DNA of 43,130 nt, from positions 1 through 43,130 of the IMG/VR virus record IMGVR_UViG_3300044645_001189. One strand, given 5' to 3'. Source of the stretch: a virus. Lineage: Duplodnaviria; Caudoviricetes. The first letter of the stretch is position 1. Each line of letters begins with the position of its first letter. The position numbers and the translations under genes were made by a program. The notes below the pieces were generated by a model. It was not told the origin of the DNA. It saw nothing but the letters and a program-made list of their open reading frames with translations, and searched no databases. Below are positions 1 through 9,863 of this stretch, piece after piece.

Positions 1-2
1 CC

Positions 3-3000
3 GTTACCGGCGAAGGTGGTCAGGATAGCTGGTCAACAGTTACAAGAAACCGTGGGCAACTTACATACGGCGATCAAACATTTGGACGTTTAGGCGGGTT
101 TGGAAGTGGCGGGGAGCGAGAGTTTTCTGCGCCTCAAGAATACTTACAGCAATCAGACCCAGGCAGGTACGGTCTTGGGTACTCTGCTGCAGGCAAAGGG
201 TGGACAGAGTTTGAGGTAGTCAAAGACGCTTCTGGGAAAGCGGTAATTGTTCCACGTTGGGGGTCAAGTAGTGACCTTGATCCCGGCTTAATTCAAATTT
301 TAGGGCTTATAGCTGCGCCGCTTACAGGCGGGCTTTCCGCTGCTTTGGCAGGTGGCACTGCAACACTTGGCTCTACCATTGCAGCTAACGCACTGGTTCA
401 AGGTACGCTTGGTGGTCTTGGTGCAGAAGCTCAAGGTGGCAGTTTTGGCTCTGGCTTTGGCAAAGGTGCAATTACAGGCGGTCTGACAGCAGGCATTGGG
501 TCTCTTACAACACCGTTTGCAAACTCTATTGGTGCGGATGTATTGGCCGCTGGCGCTCCTCAATGGGTAGCTGACGCTGCTACAGCAGCAGTTCGCGCTG
601 GAGCAGGCGCTCTTCCACAAGCAGTCATCTCCGGTAATTTTGGCAACGTCCTGACTTCTGCACTCACAGCAGGAGCCACATCAGGCATCACGGCTGGCCT
701 GTCAGACCTGACCGGGTTTACACAACCTCAGATTAACGCTGCTGTAAACATCGCCCAAGGCGCTGCATCTGGTGACCTACAAAAGATTTTGGCCGGGGCA
801 AGTGCGTTTACGGATAGCCCAATCCCTGGCCTTGCCTCCAAAGCGTTGACGCTGAAAACGGCGGTTGAATCTGGAGATCCGACAAGGATCATGTCGGCCA
901 TGCAGGGCTTTGGCTCTGCGATGGATGCGTACAACAACCAGCAAGCACGGGACAACAGCACCACAGACACAGGCGATGAGACTGACCGGCTTATAGCGCG
1001 ATATGGCACTGCAGATGACGCAGTCATCAAGCAGATTGAGGCCATGTCTCCTGCGGCCCAGCTTCCATCTGCCACAACGCAAGATGTCGAAGAGGCAATC
1101 TACCAAGATGTACTGAGGCAAGCCCCGCCTGTTTACACATCTGAGCCGACCGAACGAGATGTCCAAGCTGCGATAGATGCGGACTTCATGCGTGAAGTTT
1201 CTGCGCTTACCACGCTTAACGCATCTGACTCCCCGACGCTGGATGACGCTATTAAGCGTGCGCAGGGTAAATATAGCCGGGTTATATGGGGTGGCACCGA
1301 ACACAAACTAGGCACCGCGCCTGGGTACTTGGCTCCTGATGGAAAGTTGTACCCTAGTGAAGATGCTTTCCTTGCAAGCCTAACGCGCATTTCTGTACCG
1401 CAGATTCAGATTGCCACGCCTTCTGCGCAAGACCCGCGTGGACATGGGCTAAACATGGCAAAAGGAGCTAATCTTCTTCCGTCAGCACAAGATTCGCGTG
1501 GCCGTCGTCTTAACATTGCAGAAGGCGCAAACCTTCTTCCTGTGTCTAGAGCGGGTTCAACAGAGCCGTTTGTAAACCCTGATATTGACTTCTCTGCCGC
1601 CGCAACAGCATCGCAGGGAGTCCCGCTAGATCCTAATTACAAGCCTTCAACAACGATTGCAGATATTGGGCAGAACCTGCGTGATGTTCGTCAAACATTT
1701 AAGAATGTTTCCGACACAGGGGTTAGAGTAGGGCTTTCTCAGGGTGCTGGGACTGTTTCTCGTTTGGGGGAAATTGTTGGTTCTGCGTTTGGCACTGCGC
1801 CTGAGCGCTTTGAGGAACCAACAAGCGTTGATGAACTGACGGCAATGATGGGCACGCCGTTAAGTTCTGATGCTGCAGTAAGAGATGTTCAAAAAGAACT
1901 TTACGATTATCAAAAAGAACAATTAGCATCGTTACCAGATAGTTCTCAGCGGGCCGCTGCAGCGGGAGTAGCTTCTGCAGTTAATACTGGTGCAAGTTGG
2001 GCGCTTGGCGGGCCAATGCTTTCTGTTGCAAACGCAGCAGCTAATACCGCTAATTTGTCTTGGATGCAAGGCAAAGAAGCAGGTTTGACGGATAAAGAAA
2101 ATGGCATGCGTTCAGCAGCCCTTGGGACTATTGAAGGCGTATTTGAATTAGCAGGTGTACCATTCATGAAGATGATTCTTCGTGAAGCTCCGGTAACTGG
2201 GTCTAAAGATGTTTTAATAGATTGGTTAAGTACAAAATTAAAAGGCACTGCTGGTGAGCATTTAATTGAGCAAGCGACGTTTGCCGCAAATCGTGCTGTA
2301 GATACCTACGCACCATTTGGTTTACCAACATCACAAGGTTATAAAGACGGGGCTATTGAAACTGGAATTGCTACCACTTTTGCTGTTTTTGGAAGTGGGG
2401 CAATTGCCAATTTTTACGGTACTCCCGGCCTTCAAACAGTTGCGACTCCAGCGGAACCAACTCCGATTGAGTTCCTTGGGTCAACACCTGCCACGCAGAT
2501 TGTTCCAACAGAAGGAACTCCTCAGCAGCTAACGTACTCTCCCCCTACTCCGTCGCCTAGCCCGTTGGAATTGACGGGGCCCGCCCCTGCTGTTCCAGTG
2601 CCAGAGCCCGTGGGAACTGAATCTCAGCTTGGCTATGAAGAAGGTGTCAGGCCGACCGCGCAGCAGCAGTTAGAAGAAGCACTGTCTGGTGTGTACGAGC
2701 CACCTGCGCCGCCTGCTCCTGCGCCGTCTGTCCCGTCTGACACCACGGGCATCACGCCCGAGATGGTGGCGTTTATTGATGAGGACGGCTCCATCGTCAC
2801 GTATGGTGACCTGGGTTTTGTCTCGCCCGTCCCGTCAGCAACTGCGCCGTCAGAAACTACGGCTCAGACAGCGCCAAGCACAGTAGCAGAAGCTCCACAG
2901 ACGCTAGAGCAAGAAGCCACGTATGACCCGCTGCAAGATCTGTTTAATCAGATCCAACAGCAGGAACAGGCGTATCCGCTTGATGTTTACAGCGCACCCG

Positions 3001-4916
3001 CAGTGGCGACTCCTGCACCTGCACCATCTGAAGTCATTGACATTGCTCCCTCGCAGACTGCACTTGCCACCGCACCTGCACCAGCGCAAGATCTTCAGAC
3101 AATCCTGAACCAAGCTGTTTACGGCGGTACGGGAGAACAAGAGCCCGCTACGACAAAACCAGATTTGTCCACGCCGGTAGCTGTCGATCCTGCAACTGGC
3201 GAGACATTGACGCTTGGTGATGTTCTCCCAGCAGACACTACCCAGGCTCCGTCACAGGCAGATCTAAGCACACCTATTGGTGTTGATCCCACTACGGGCG
3301 AAACGCTAACTTTGAGAGATGTACTGCCTACTCCGAGCCCTGCGCCCATTACTGCACCAGTTCCAAGTCCAGCGGTTGACTTGACCACCCCGGTAGCAAC
3401 AAATCCTGTTACAGGTGAGACGCTGACTCTTGCAGATGTAACGCCCGCTGCGCCCGCTCCAGCACCCGCCGACACAACGGCCAAGACCCAGGCTCCGGCA
3501 CCTGCTCCTACACCGGAACTTGACCTTACAACTCCTGTAGCTGTTGATCCGACAACTGGCGAAACATTGACGCTTGCGGATGTAACTCCTGCGGCACCTG
3601 CCCCGACAATCACTGAGGCTACTGCTCCAGTACCTAGTCCCGCTCCTGCTCCTGCGGAAGAAATAACTCAAGCGCCCGCGCCCAGTCCTGCTCCCGCAGA
3701 AGAAACGACAGAGGCTCCTGCTCCAACTCCCGCCGAAGAGGCTACCAAGACCGAAGCACCTAGCCCAGCACCTGCTCCGGCTGAAGTAACGGCACCTGCC
3801 CCCGCACCTGCCGAAGAAACAACCAAGACTGAAGCGCCCGCGCCTAGCCCTGCTCCGGCCCCCGCTGAAGAAACGGTTAAGACAGAAGCACCGGCTCCCG
3901 CTCCCACCGAAGTAACGGCACCGTCACCCGCGCCTGCACCTAGCCCTGCGCCTTCGCCTGCCCCAGCGCCTGCTCCGGCAGAAACAATTACTAAAACTGA
4001 AGCACCAGCGCCTGCACCCGCCGAAGCACCGGCTCCTGCTCCCGTACCAACTGAAGCACCTGCCCCGTCACCTGCTCCGGCGCCTACAGAGATAGCGGCT
4101 CCTGCACCTGCGCCGACCACTACAGAAGTGACGGCACCTGCGCCTGTTGCGGAAACAACCAAAACTGAGGCACCTGCCCCTGCTCCCGCGCCAACAATTA
4201 CCGAAGAAGTTACGAGGACTGAAGCTCCCGCTCCAGCCTCGTTGCCGCCTTTTGTTGAAGAGCCCACAACAGAACAAGAGTTGTTAGATATTTTGGGTGA
4301 GCCGCCTGCTCCCCCTCCTCCTCCGCCATCAACAACAACTACAACTGCGGCAGAGTCGCCTGTTCCAGCGCCTACACCGGCACCTCCGGCTCCAACTCCA
4401 GCGCCGCCGCCTTCAACGGTTGTGACTGATGAAGAGCCGCCCGAAGAACCGCCTGCTCCTCCTGCTCCTACACCATCAGCGCCTACTCCACCGCCTGCGC
4501 CAACTCCTCCTCCTCCTCCGCCACCACCTCCTTCTGGCGTGGAAGAGCCTCCTGTTACCGAAGAAGAGTTGCGCGACATTGTGAGTGGACCTCCTTCTCC
4601 TCCGCCGCCACCTCCGCCGCCACCTCCGCCGCCACCAACGGTTAAACCACCTCCGCCGCCGCCAACGCCTCCGCCACCGCCACCGCCTCCAGCGGTTAAA
4701 CCACCTCCGCCTAAGCCACCCGTGGTAAGGCCCCCTAGCCCTGCGCCGAAGCCTCAGGCACAATCGCCCCAGATGACTCCGGAGCTTGCCGCGTTTATGC
4801 AAGAACTGATGCGGACAGAAGAAGCGGACTTGGAAGCAATGACGATGGTGCGCAAAGAAGAGCGCGAAGAAAAGCGCAAAGGCGCTCGTGAAAAACTGAA
4901 ATCTAGAAAGGCTTGA
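3..4916 (+). CDS. Very large Ala/Gly-rich then Pro/Ala/Thr-rich virion-associated protein, 5'-truncated
   Basis: Frame is open from nt 3 (VTGEGGQDSW...) into the called 345..4916 ORF. Gly/Ala-rich N-terminal part, repeat and poly-Pro C-terminal half; lies at the head of a run of four large genes. Confidence 0.7.
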   Translation, partial: VTGEGGQDSWSTVTRNRGQLTYGDQTFGRLGGFGSGGEREFSAPQEYLQQSDPGRYGLGYSAAGKGWTEFEVVKDASGKAVIVPRWGSSSDLDPGLIQILGLIAAPLTGGLSAALAGGTATLGSTIAANALVQGTLGGLGAEAQGGSFGSGFGKGAITGGLTAGIGSLTTPFANSIGADVLAAGAPQWVADAATAAVRAGAGALPQAVISGNFGNVLTSALTAGATSGITAGLSDLTGFTQPQINAAVNIAQGAASGDLQKILAGASAFTDSPIPGLASKALTLKTAVESGDPTRIMSAMQGFGSAMDAYNNQQARDNSTTDTGDETDRLIARYGTADDAVIKQIEAMSPAAQLPSATTQDVEEAIYQDVLRQAPPVYTSEPTERDVQAAIDADFMREVSALTTLNASDSPTLDDAIKRAQGKYSRVIWGGTEHKLGTAPGYLAPDGKLYPSEDAFLASLTRISVPQIQIATPSAQDPRGHGLNMAKGANLLPSAQDSRGRRLNIAEGANLLPVSRAGSTEPFVNPDIDFSAAATASQGVPLDPNYKPSTTIADIGQNLRDVRQTFKNVSDTGVRVGLSQGAGTVSRLGEIVGSAFGTAPERFEEPTSVDELTAMMGTPLSSDAAVRDVQKELYDYQKEQLASLPDSSQRAAAAGVASAVNTGASWALGGPMLSVANAAANTANLSWMQGKEAGLTDKENGMRSAALGTIEGVFELAGVPFMKMILREAPVTGSKDVLIDWLSTKLKGTAGEHLIEQATFAANRAVDTYAPFGLPTSQGYKDGAIETGIATTFAVFGSGAIANFYGTPGLQTVATPAEPTPIEFLGSTPATQIVPTEGTPQQLTYSPPTPSPSPLELTGPAPAVPVPEPVGTESQLGYEEGVRPTAQQQLEEALSGVYEPPAPPAPAPSVPSDTTGITPEMVAFIDEDGSIVTYGDLGFVSPVPSATAPSETTAQTAPSTVAEAPQTLEQEATYDPLQDLFNQIQQQEQAYPLDVYSAPAVATPAPAPSEVIDIAPSQTALATAPAPAQDLQTILNQAVYGGTGEQEPATTKPDLSTPVAVDPATGETLTLGDVLPADTTQAPSQADLSTPIGVDPTTGETLTLRDVLPTPSPAPITAPVPSPAVDLTTPVATNPVTGETLTLADVTPAAPAPAPADTTAKTQAPAPAPTPELDLTTPVAVDPTTGETLTLADVTPAAPAPTITEATAPVPSPAPAPAEEITQAPAPSPAPAEETTEAPAPTPAEEATKTEAPSPAPAPAEVTAPAPAPAEETTKTEAPAPSPAPAPAEETVKTEAPAPAPTEVTAPSPAPAPSPAPSPAPAPAPAETITKTEAPAPAPAEAPAPAPVPTEAPAPSPAPAPTEIAAPAPAPTTTEVTAPAPVAETTKTEAPAPAPAPTITEEVTRTEAPAPASLPPFVEEPTTEQELLDILGEPPAPPPPPPSTTTTTAAESPVPAPTPAPPAPTPAPPPSTVVTDEEPPEEPPAPPAPTPSAPTPPPAPTPPPPPPPPPSGVEEPPVTEEELRDIVSGPPSPPPPPPPPPPPPPTVKPPPPPPTPPPPPPPPAVKPPPPKPPVVRPPSPAPKPQAQSPQMTPELAAFMQELMRTEEADLEAMTMVRKEEREEKRKGAREKLKSRKA
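1419..1541 (+). repeat. Tandem 20-aa duplication in ORF1
   Basis: PSAQDPRGHGLNMAKGANLL / PSAQDSRGRRLNIAEGANLL. Confidence 0.85.
3162..3590 (+). repeat. Four copies of a 23-aa coding repeat, consensus DLxTPVAVDPxTGETLTLxDVxP
   Basis: Directly visible in the translation, separated by Pro/Ala linkers. Confidence 0.9.
3591..4760 (+). repeat. Low-complexity (E/T)APAPAP and poly-proline coding repeats
   Basis: Repeated TKTEAPAPAP units followed by PPPPPP tracts with mixed synonymous codons. Confidence 0.9.
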
Positions 4917-4918
4917 TC

Positions 4919-7900
4919 ATGCCCTACGAATTTGCTGATTACCCCGTTGACGACCCGGCTGACAACTACGTCCCGGATGAGCCTTCTGGGTATGTGCCCG
5001 GCAATGATTACAGTATTGACGACCCGGCAAACTATCCGAGGTCAGCGACAAATCCTGGGGGGTACGATCCAAGCGCTTCGTACAACCAGCCTTTGTCAAA
5101 CTTATCGGGAGTTTTGGGTTCTTACAAAAAGCTCTTTGAAAAGATCAAATCAGGCAATGCGGGGGCTACTGAATACGCCGCTGCCGCTGGCATCCTTGGT
5201 TTGTTGATACCAAGCCTGAACCAGCCCAAGACCAAAGGCTGGAAGGGATCAATTGATCTCACCAAGCAGTACAACCGTGCTCCTATTGCACAGCCTGCGT
5301 TTACACCGTATGCGCAAAGCGCTTCTCCAGTGATGGGGCGGCAGTTCTTCAACACCACGTATGGTGCTGCGCCCGTTGCTCCTCCGCCAACTACGCCTGA
5401 CCCGACAATCCCCGCACCTGGGGTTCCGCCCGTGGATTCGTCCGTTAACATTGCGACTGACGGAGGTGGTATGGCTCGTGGTGGCATTGCTTCGCTTCGT
5501 AGGTTTGATGCTGGCGGAGAAGTTAATCAGTCGCGTCCAGGCCCGCAGTTCTACGATTACCACGTAGGCGCAAACGCACGACTTGTCGATGTGCCAGGGA
5601 TTAAATACCCTGTGCTGATGTTTTTTGATCTGCCAAACAACCGGGTTGTTGTCAGTGACGAAGGCTACTGGAACCCCACCGCTCCTATCGGCGAGGACCT
5701 GAACAAGGCTGTTGCTTGGGCGCGAGACCAAGGGCTCCAAGCGGGCGTTGTTGTGTCTCCGTACTCTTGGGACGCATTTGGTAAAGACGCTATTGGTGAA
5801 AAACTATCGGGGGCGGGGCCAAACGGAAACGACCTTAATCCGCATCCGCGTTTGACAGACCCCAGCGGAAACATGGTGCAGCCCGCATCTTTTGACCAAT
5901 TAAAGGAGTACATGGATGCGGCTGACTTTGTGGTGACTGACCCGTACGTGGTTAGCGCACAAACTGCTACGCCGGGGGTTCAAGAAAAACTGATCCAGAT
6001 CACTGGCATGATTGGTGATTACGCTCAGGAAACAAACAAGCATGCATGGCTGGTTCTTGGTGGTGGCGTGTCACCCGCAGGCACCGATCCAAACATGATT
6101 TACAACTACACGGACAGCTTGCTTGCTAACACAGCAAACAAATTTAATCAGGTGTCTGTGTATGAAAGTGAACGTGACAGTGGAGATACGGGAAATACTT
6201 GGGACTATCTAAAAGCAGCCGATATTTTTGCCAAGAACGGCATTCAGCCAACAGGTAATTACGGCTCTGCATTTGAGACACGACAGTCAATAGCGCCAAC
6301 ACCAGCGCTTAACTATGACATTAGCACATTAAAGGTTGGATCAGCACAAGACTTTTTGAACGGACCGAACCTCCAAGACCCTTCTAATTGGGGAAAGCAG
6401 ACAGCGTATCTGGACCCCGCCTCGGCTCTTGCAAAGGCTATTTCTGAGCAGCAAACACCGCAGCAACAACCGCAACAACCTGCCGGGCTCACTGGGCTTG
6501 CTGGTTCGCTTCCTTCCGGCTGGTCGGGCTACGATGCCAGCCAAAAGATTGATTGGTACAACCAAAACCAAGTGACGCCTGATCAGTTGCTTGGTGCCGG
6601 TGCTGGGGTCACACAAGGCGACATTGACTGGATGAAGGGGCAGGGCTATCTGGGTTCTTACGGTCAACAAAATCCAGTGTTGACGGCAACGTCGCATTCG
6701 GATTATTTGCAGTCATTGATTGATCCACGCCGCACAATCCAAGAAGAAAGCACTCAAATGCCGCCTGTCGGTTTCCCTGTTACACAAACGGGGATCGCAC
6801 AAGCAATGCCTCAACTTCCTATGCCGCAGCCTATGCCGCAGCCAATGCCGCAACCAGAGCCCCCGCGTTTTCCAATGCCGGAGTTTCAGCCTGATGAGGT
6901 CATGGCAGCGCAAGGCGGAATGATGGGCTATGCCCGTGGCGGCAGGGCTAACCGGCCTCGTTATCTGCGTGGCGAAACCGATGGCATGCAGGACAGAATC
7001 CCGAGTAACATCGACGGTGTGCAACCTGCCAAGCTCAGTCACGGTGAGTTCGTGATCCCTGCGGATGTGGTGTCCCATCTTGGGAATGGAAACTCTGACG
7101 CTGGAGCCAAGGTCTTGTACAAGATGATGGATCGTGTACGTCATGCCAGGACTGGCAACAAGAAGCAAGGCCGTCAGATCAACCCGGAGAAATTTACACC
7201 GGGCGGTATCGCTGGTTACGCTGGTGGTGGAGCAGTTGCGTTCCAGACTGGCGGGGTTACCGGATCTGTCAATCCTCAACAAGCAATCAGTAACGAGCAG
7301 AACATCTCTGAGTGGGCAGGTCCGTATGTAGGAGACATGCTTAGCAAAACTGCTGCGCTAACCAACACTCCGTACCAAGCCTACCAAGGACCGATGGTTG
7401 CGGGCACGGCTCCGCTACAGAGCAAGGTGTTCTCCGGGCTTCAAAGTTTGAACTTCCCCGGCCAACTGGGGCAGTCGTTTACAGCACAGGGCGCGTATCA
7501 ACTTCCCAGCATGACGCCGGGTGGTATGACGGGGCAGGCAACAGGACCGACCGGCATCGCATCTCAGTACATGAACCCGTACCTGAGCGCAGTACTAACC
7601 CCACAACTGGATGAGCTTCGTCGGCAATCCCAGATCACGCAGATGGGCAACGCTGGCAAGTTGACTCAAGCCGGGGCGTTTGGTGGATCTCGTCAGGCCA
7701 TCATGGATGCTGAGACGCAGAGGAACTTGTTGCAAGAACAGAACAAAGCCATCGGTACTGGGTACGCCAACGCCTACGACCGGGCGATGGGACAGTTCAA
7801 CACTGAGCAAGGCCAAGCCAAGACTTTGGCTGACATGATGGCAGGTGCTGGACAACAGCAACGTGGCATTGAGCAAGAAGGCATCACCGCTCTGCAGAAA

Positions 7901-8074
7901 CAGTACGAGACTGAGCTACTTGATCCGTACACCAAGCTGCGGTTCCAGAAGGAAATGCTTGGCGGCTTGCCGGTTGCAACGGCTTCCACCACTGCCAATC
8001 AATCCACGATGGGGCAGCTTGGTTCCGGGTTTGAGAACATTGGCAAGTTGATGAAAGAACTCGGCCTTTCCTGA
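4919..8074 (+). CDS. Multidomain virion (internal/ejection-type) protein
   Basis: Contains GETDGMQDRIP...AKLSHGEFVIPADVV (motif of phage tail/internal proteins), a QYMNPY...AGAFGGSRQ Gln-rich pilot-like C-terminus and a putative glycoside-hydrolase-like insert. Confidence 0.65.
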   Translation: MPYEFADYPVDDPADNYVPDEPSGYVPGNDYSIDDPANYPRSATNPGGYDPSASYNQPLSNLSGVLGSYKKLFEKIKSGNAGATEYAAAAGILGLLIPSLNQPKTKGWKGSIDLTKQYNRAPIAQPAFTPYAQSASPVMGRQFFNTTYGAAPVAPPPTTPDPTIPAPGVPPVDSSVNIATDGGGMARGGIASLRRFDAGGEVNQSRPGPQFYDYHVGANARLVDVPGIKYPVLMFFDLPNNRVVVSDEGYWNPTAPIGEDLNKAVAWARDQGLQAGVVVSPYSWDAFGKDAIGEKLSGAGPNGNDLNPHPRLTDPSGNMVQPASFDQLKEYMDAADFVVTDPYVVSAQTATPGVQEKLIQITGMIGDYAQETNKHAWLVLGGGVSPAGTDPNMIYNYTDSLLANTANKFNQVSVYESERDSGDTGNTWDYLKAADIFAKNGIQPTGNYGSAFETRQSIAPTPALNYDISTLKVGSAQDFLNGPNLQDPSNWGKQTAYLDPASALAKAISEQQTPQQQPQQPAGLTGLAGSLPSGWSGYDASQKIDWYNQNQVTPDQLLGAGAGVTQGDIDWMKGQGYLGSYGQQNPVLTATSHSDYLQSLIDPRRTIQEESTQMPPVGFPVTQTGIAQAMPQLPMPQPMPQPMPQPEPPRFPMPEFQPDEVMAAQGGMMGYARGGRANRPRYLRGETDGMQDRIPSNIDGVQPAKLSHGEFVIPADVVSHLGNGNSDAGAKVLYKMMDRVRHARTGNKKQGRQINPEKFTPGGIAGYAGGGAVAFQTGGVTGSVNPQQAISNEQNISEWAGPYVGDMLSKTAALTNTPYQAYQGPMVAGTAPLQSKVFSGLQSLNFPGQLGQSFTAQGAYQLPSMTPGGMTGQATGPTGIASQYMNPYLSAVLTPQLDELRRQSQITQMGNAGKLTQAGAFGGSRQAIMDAETQRNLLQEQNKAIGTGYANAYDRAMGQFNTEQGQAKTLADMMAGAGQQQRGIEQEGITALQKQYETELLDPYTKLRFQKEMLGGLPVATASTTANQSTMGQLGSGFENIGKLMKELGLS

Positions 8075-8083
8075 GGAATAGAT

Positions 8084-9856
8084 ATGTACGCACAACAAGC
8101 CTCAATCGACCCAGCACTGGCCGCGCTGCTCCAAACGGCGCAGATGGTCACGCCTGATCAAACGCCCACTGTGGCCGCGCAAGTAGCTCAGGCCGCACAG
8201 CAGAAGATGCAACCTCAAGGGATTGCGCAAGGAATGCCGCAGGCACGGCAAGACTTTCAGCAGGCGATGCCGTCCATGATGCGCAACATGCAGCAGCAGC
8301 AGATGCAGCAGATGATTAAACAGGCCATGCAACCACAGCCTGCTGGGATTGAGGGCCTGCCCGCGCCCAACATGCAAAACATGGCTGAAGGTGGTGTTGT
8401 TGGGTTTGCTGGTGACGAATTTGGTTCGTATGTGTCAGATCCGGATGCCATAGCAATGGATGAGGTGCGGTCTGCAGAATTTCAACGCAAACGCCGAGAG
8501 GATTACCAACGGCAAAAAGCTGCAAACGAAGAGTACCGTGCAAACATTGCTCGTCAAAAACAAGAAGAACAGCAGCGTGCGCAAGTAGAATTTTTGGAAC
8601 AGGCTCAAGCTGGTGGCGCAGCGGGTGAGGCCGCTGCAGCATTGCGCCGACAGATGACCACTTCGTCTCCGCAAGTAGATTTTCGGGATAGTAGATACCG
8701 CACGACGGAATTAAGAAAAGGCGAAGAAGGTGTTCTAGAAAAAATTGGCCCTGCGCTTCTTAATAAAAAGCCTGAAATACAATTTTTAACCTCGTCACCC
8801 GCACAAACCGCGCCTACAGGCGTAGCAGCATTGCCTGCGATCAAAGAGCCCGGTGGCATGGACAGGGATCGTATTGAAACTGCTGGTTCTGCATTTTTGA
8901 CCCAAGCGGAAAAAGATATTGCTGCTGCACAGGCAATTGAGGCCCGTCGCAAGGAGACTATGAAATCTATGCCAGACCTCAACCAACGCGGCATTGCTGC
9001 GCTTGAGGCAGCAGAGCAAGAGCGCAAGCGTTTGCTAGGTATTGACCGTTCAGACGACTCACGCCGCCGTTGGGCAGGTGTGTTTCGCGGTTGGGGCGGG
9101 GACCGTGATGCGTATGACCGGATTGTTGGTGGCATTGCTAACAGAGATGCACTTGCAAACCAAGCACAACTTGGCTTTGAGCAGGCGCGTATTAAGGAAA
9201 TGCAAGCCCAGCAAGCCCGTGCCTTGGGCGAGTTTGATCGTGAGCGCGCTCTTTTGAAAGAGTCTGCAGACATGAAGAACAAAGCCCGCGATGACATGCT
9301 TCGTGCTCAACAGATTACGGCGCAAGTTGAAAGTGGTGAACTGACTAGCCGCACCAATGTTTACGATGCGCAAATGCGAGCCAGAGATGCCGAACTTAAC
9401 CGCGACGCACAGAGGAAACTGGAAGAGTACCGCCGTCAAACGCAGTTGATGAAGCCCAAAGAACAGGGTATGGTTGAGCGACTTGAGGCGTTAAAACTTA
9501 GCGAGATCACTGGCGGCAAGCCTGAGACTGCTACTGTCAAACAGAAGATTGAAGCCGCAGAATACGGGCTCAATGCCGTGAAGGGCGCTGGCAAGCCAGA
9601 CAGAACTGTGCTGACGTATGACCAAGCCGCAGACAACGTAGCCAAATTCCTTGATACCCAAGCTGGGATCATGGAAATGGCGGCTATTAAGAGGCGGGCA
9701 AAAGACGCAGGGCAACCAGAGCCTTCAATTCAAGACATCAGATCCATTCTGATTCAGCGTGAGTTGCAGGGCGCAGGGTCGCGTTTTGCAGGTCAAGGTT
9801 CCCCAACTGGTGCTCCTCAAGGTACAGTAGACAAGAACAATCCTTTGCTGAAGTGA
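8084..9856 (+). CDS. Helical/coiled-coil virion (ejection-type) protein
   Basis: 590 aa, GAGG RBS upstream, Q/M-rich N-terminus, MAEGGVVGFAG motif shared with the previous gene; sits between large virion genes. Confidence 0.6.
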   Translation: MYAQQASIDPALAALLQTAQMVTPDQTPTVAAQVAQAAQQKMQPQGIAQGMPQARQDFQQAMPSMMRNMQQQQMQQMIKQAMQPQPAGIEGLPAPNMQNMAEGGVVGFAGDEFGSYVSDPDAIAMDEVRSAEFQRKRREDYQRQKAANEEYRANIARQKQEEQQRAQVEFLEQAQAGGAAGEAAAALRRQMTTSSPQVDFRDSRYRTTELRKGEEGVLEKIGPALLNKKPEIQFLTSSPAQTAPTGVAALPAIKEPGGMDRDRIETAGSAFLTQAEKDIAAAQAIEARRKETMKSMPDLNQRGIAALEAAEQERKRLLGIDRSDDSRRRWAGVFRGWGGDRDAYDRIVGGIANRDALANQAQLGFEQARIKEMQAQQARALGEFDRERALLKESADMKNKARDDMLRAQQITAQVESGELTSRTNVYDAQMRARDAELNRDAQRKLEEYRRQTQLMKPKEQGMVERLEALKLSEITGGKPETATVKQKIEAAEYGLNAVKGAGKPDRTVLTYDQAADNVAKFLDTQAGIMEMAAIKRRAKDAGQPEPSIQDIRSILIQRELQGAGSRFAGQGSPTGAPQGTVDKNNPLLK

Positions 9857-9863
9857 GGCGCTG

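Noticed and set aside
3119-4802. Long Gly/Ala-rich and Arg/Trp-rich minus-strand ORFs
   Set aside because: Antisense shadows of the Pro/Ala repeats of ORF1.
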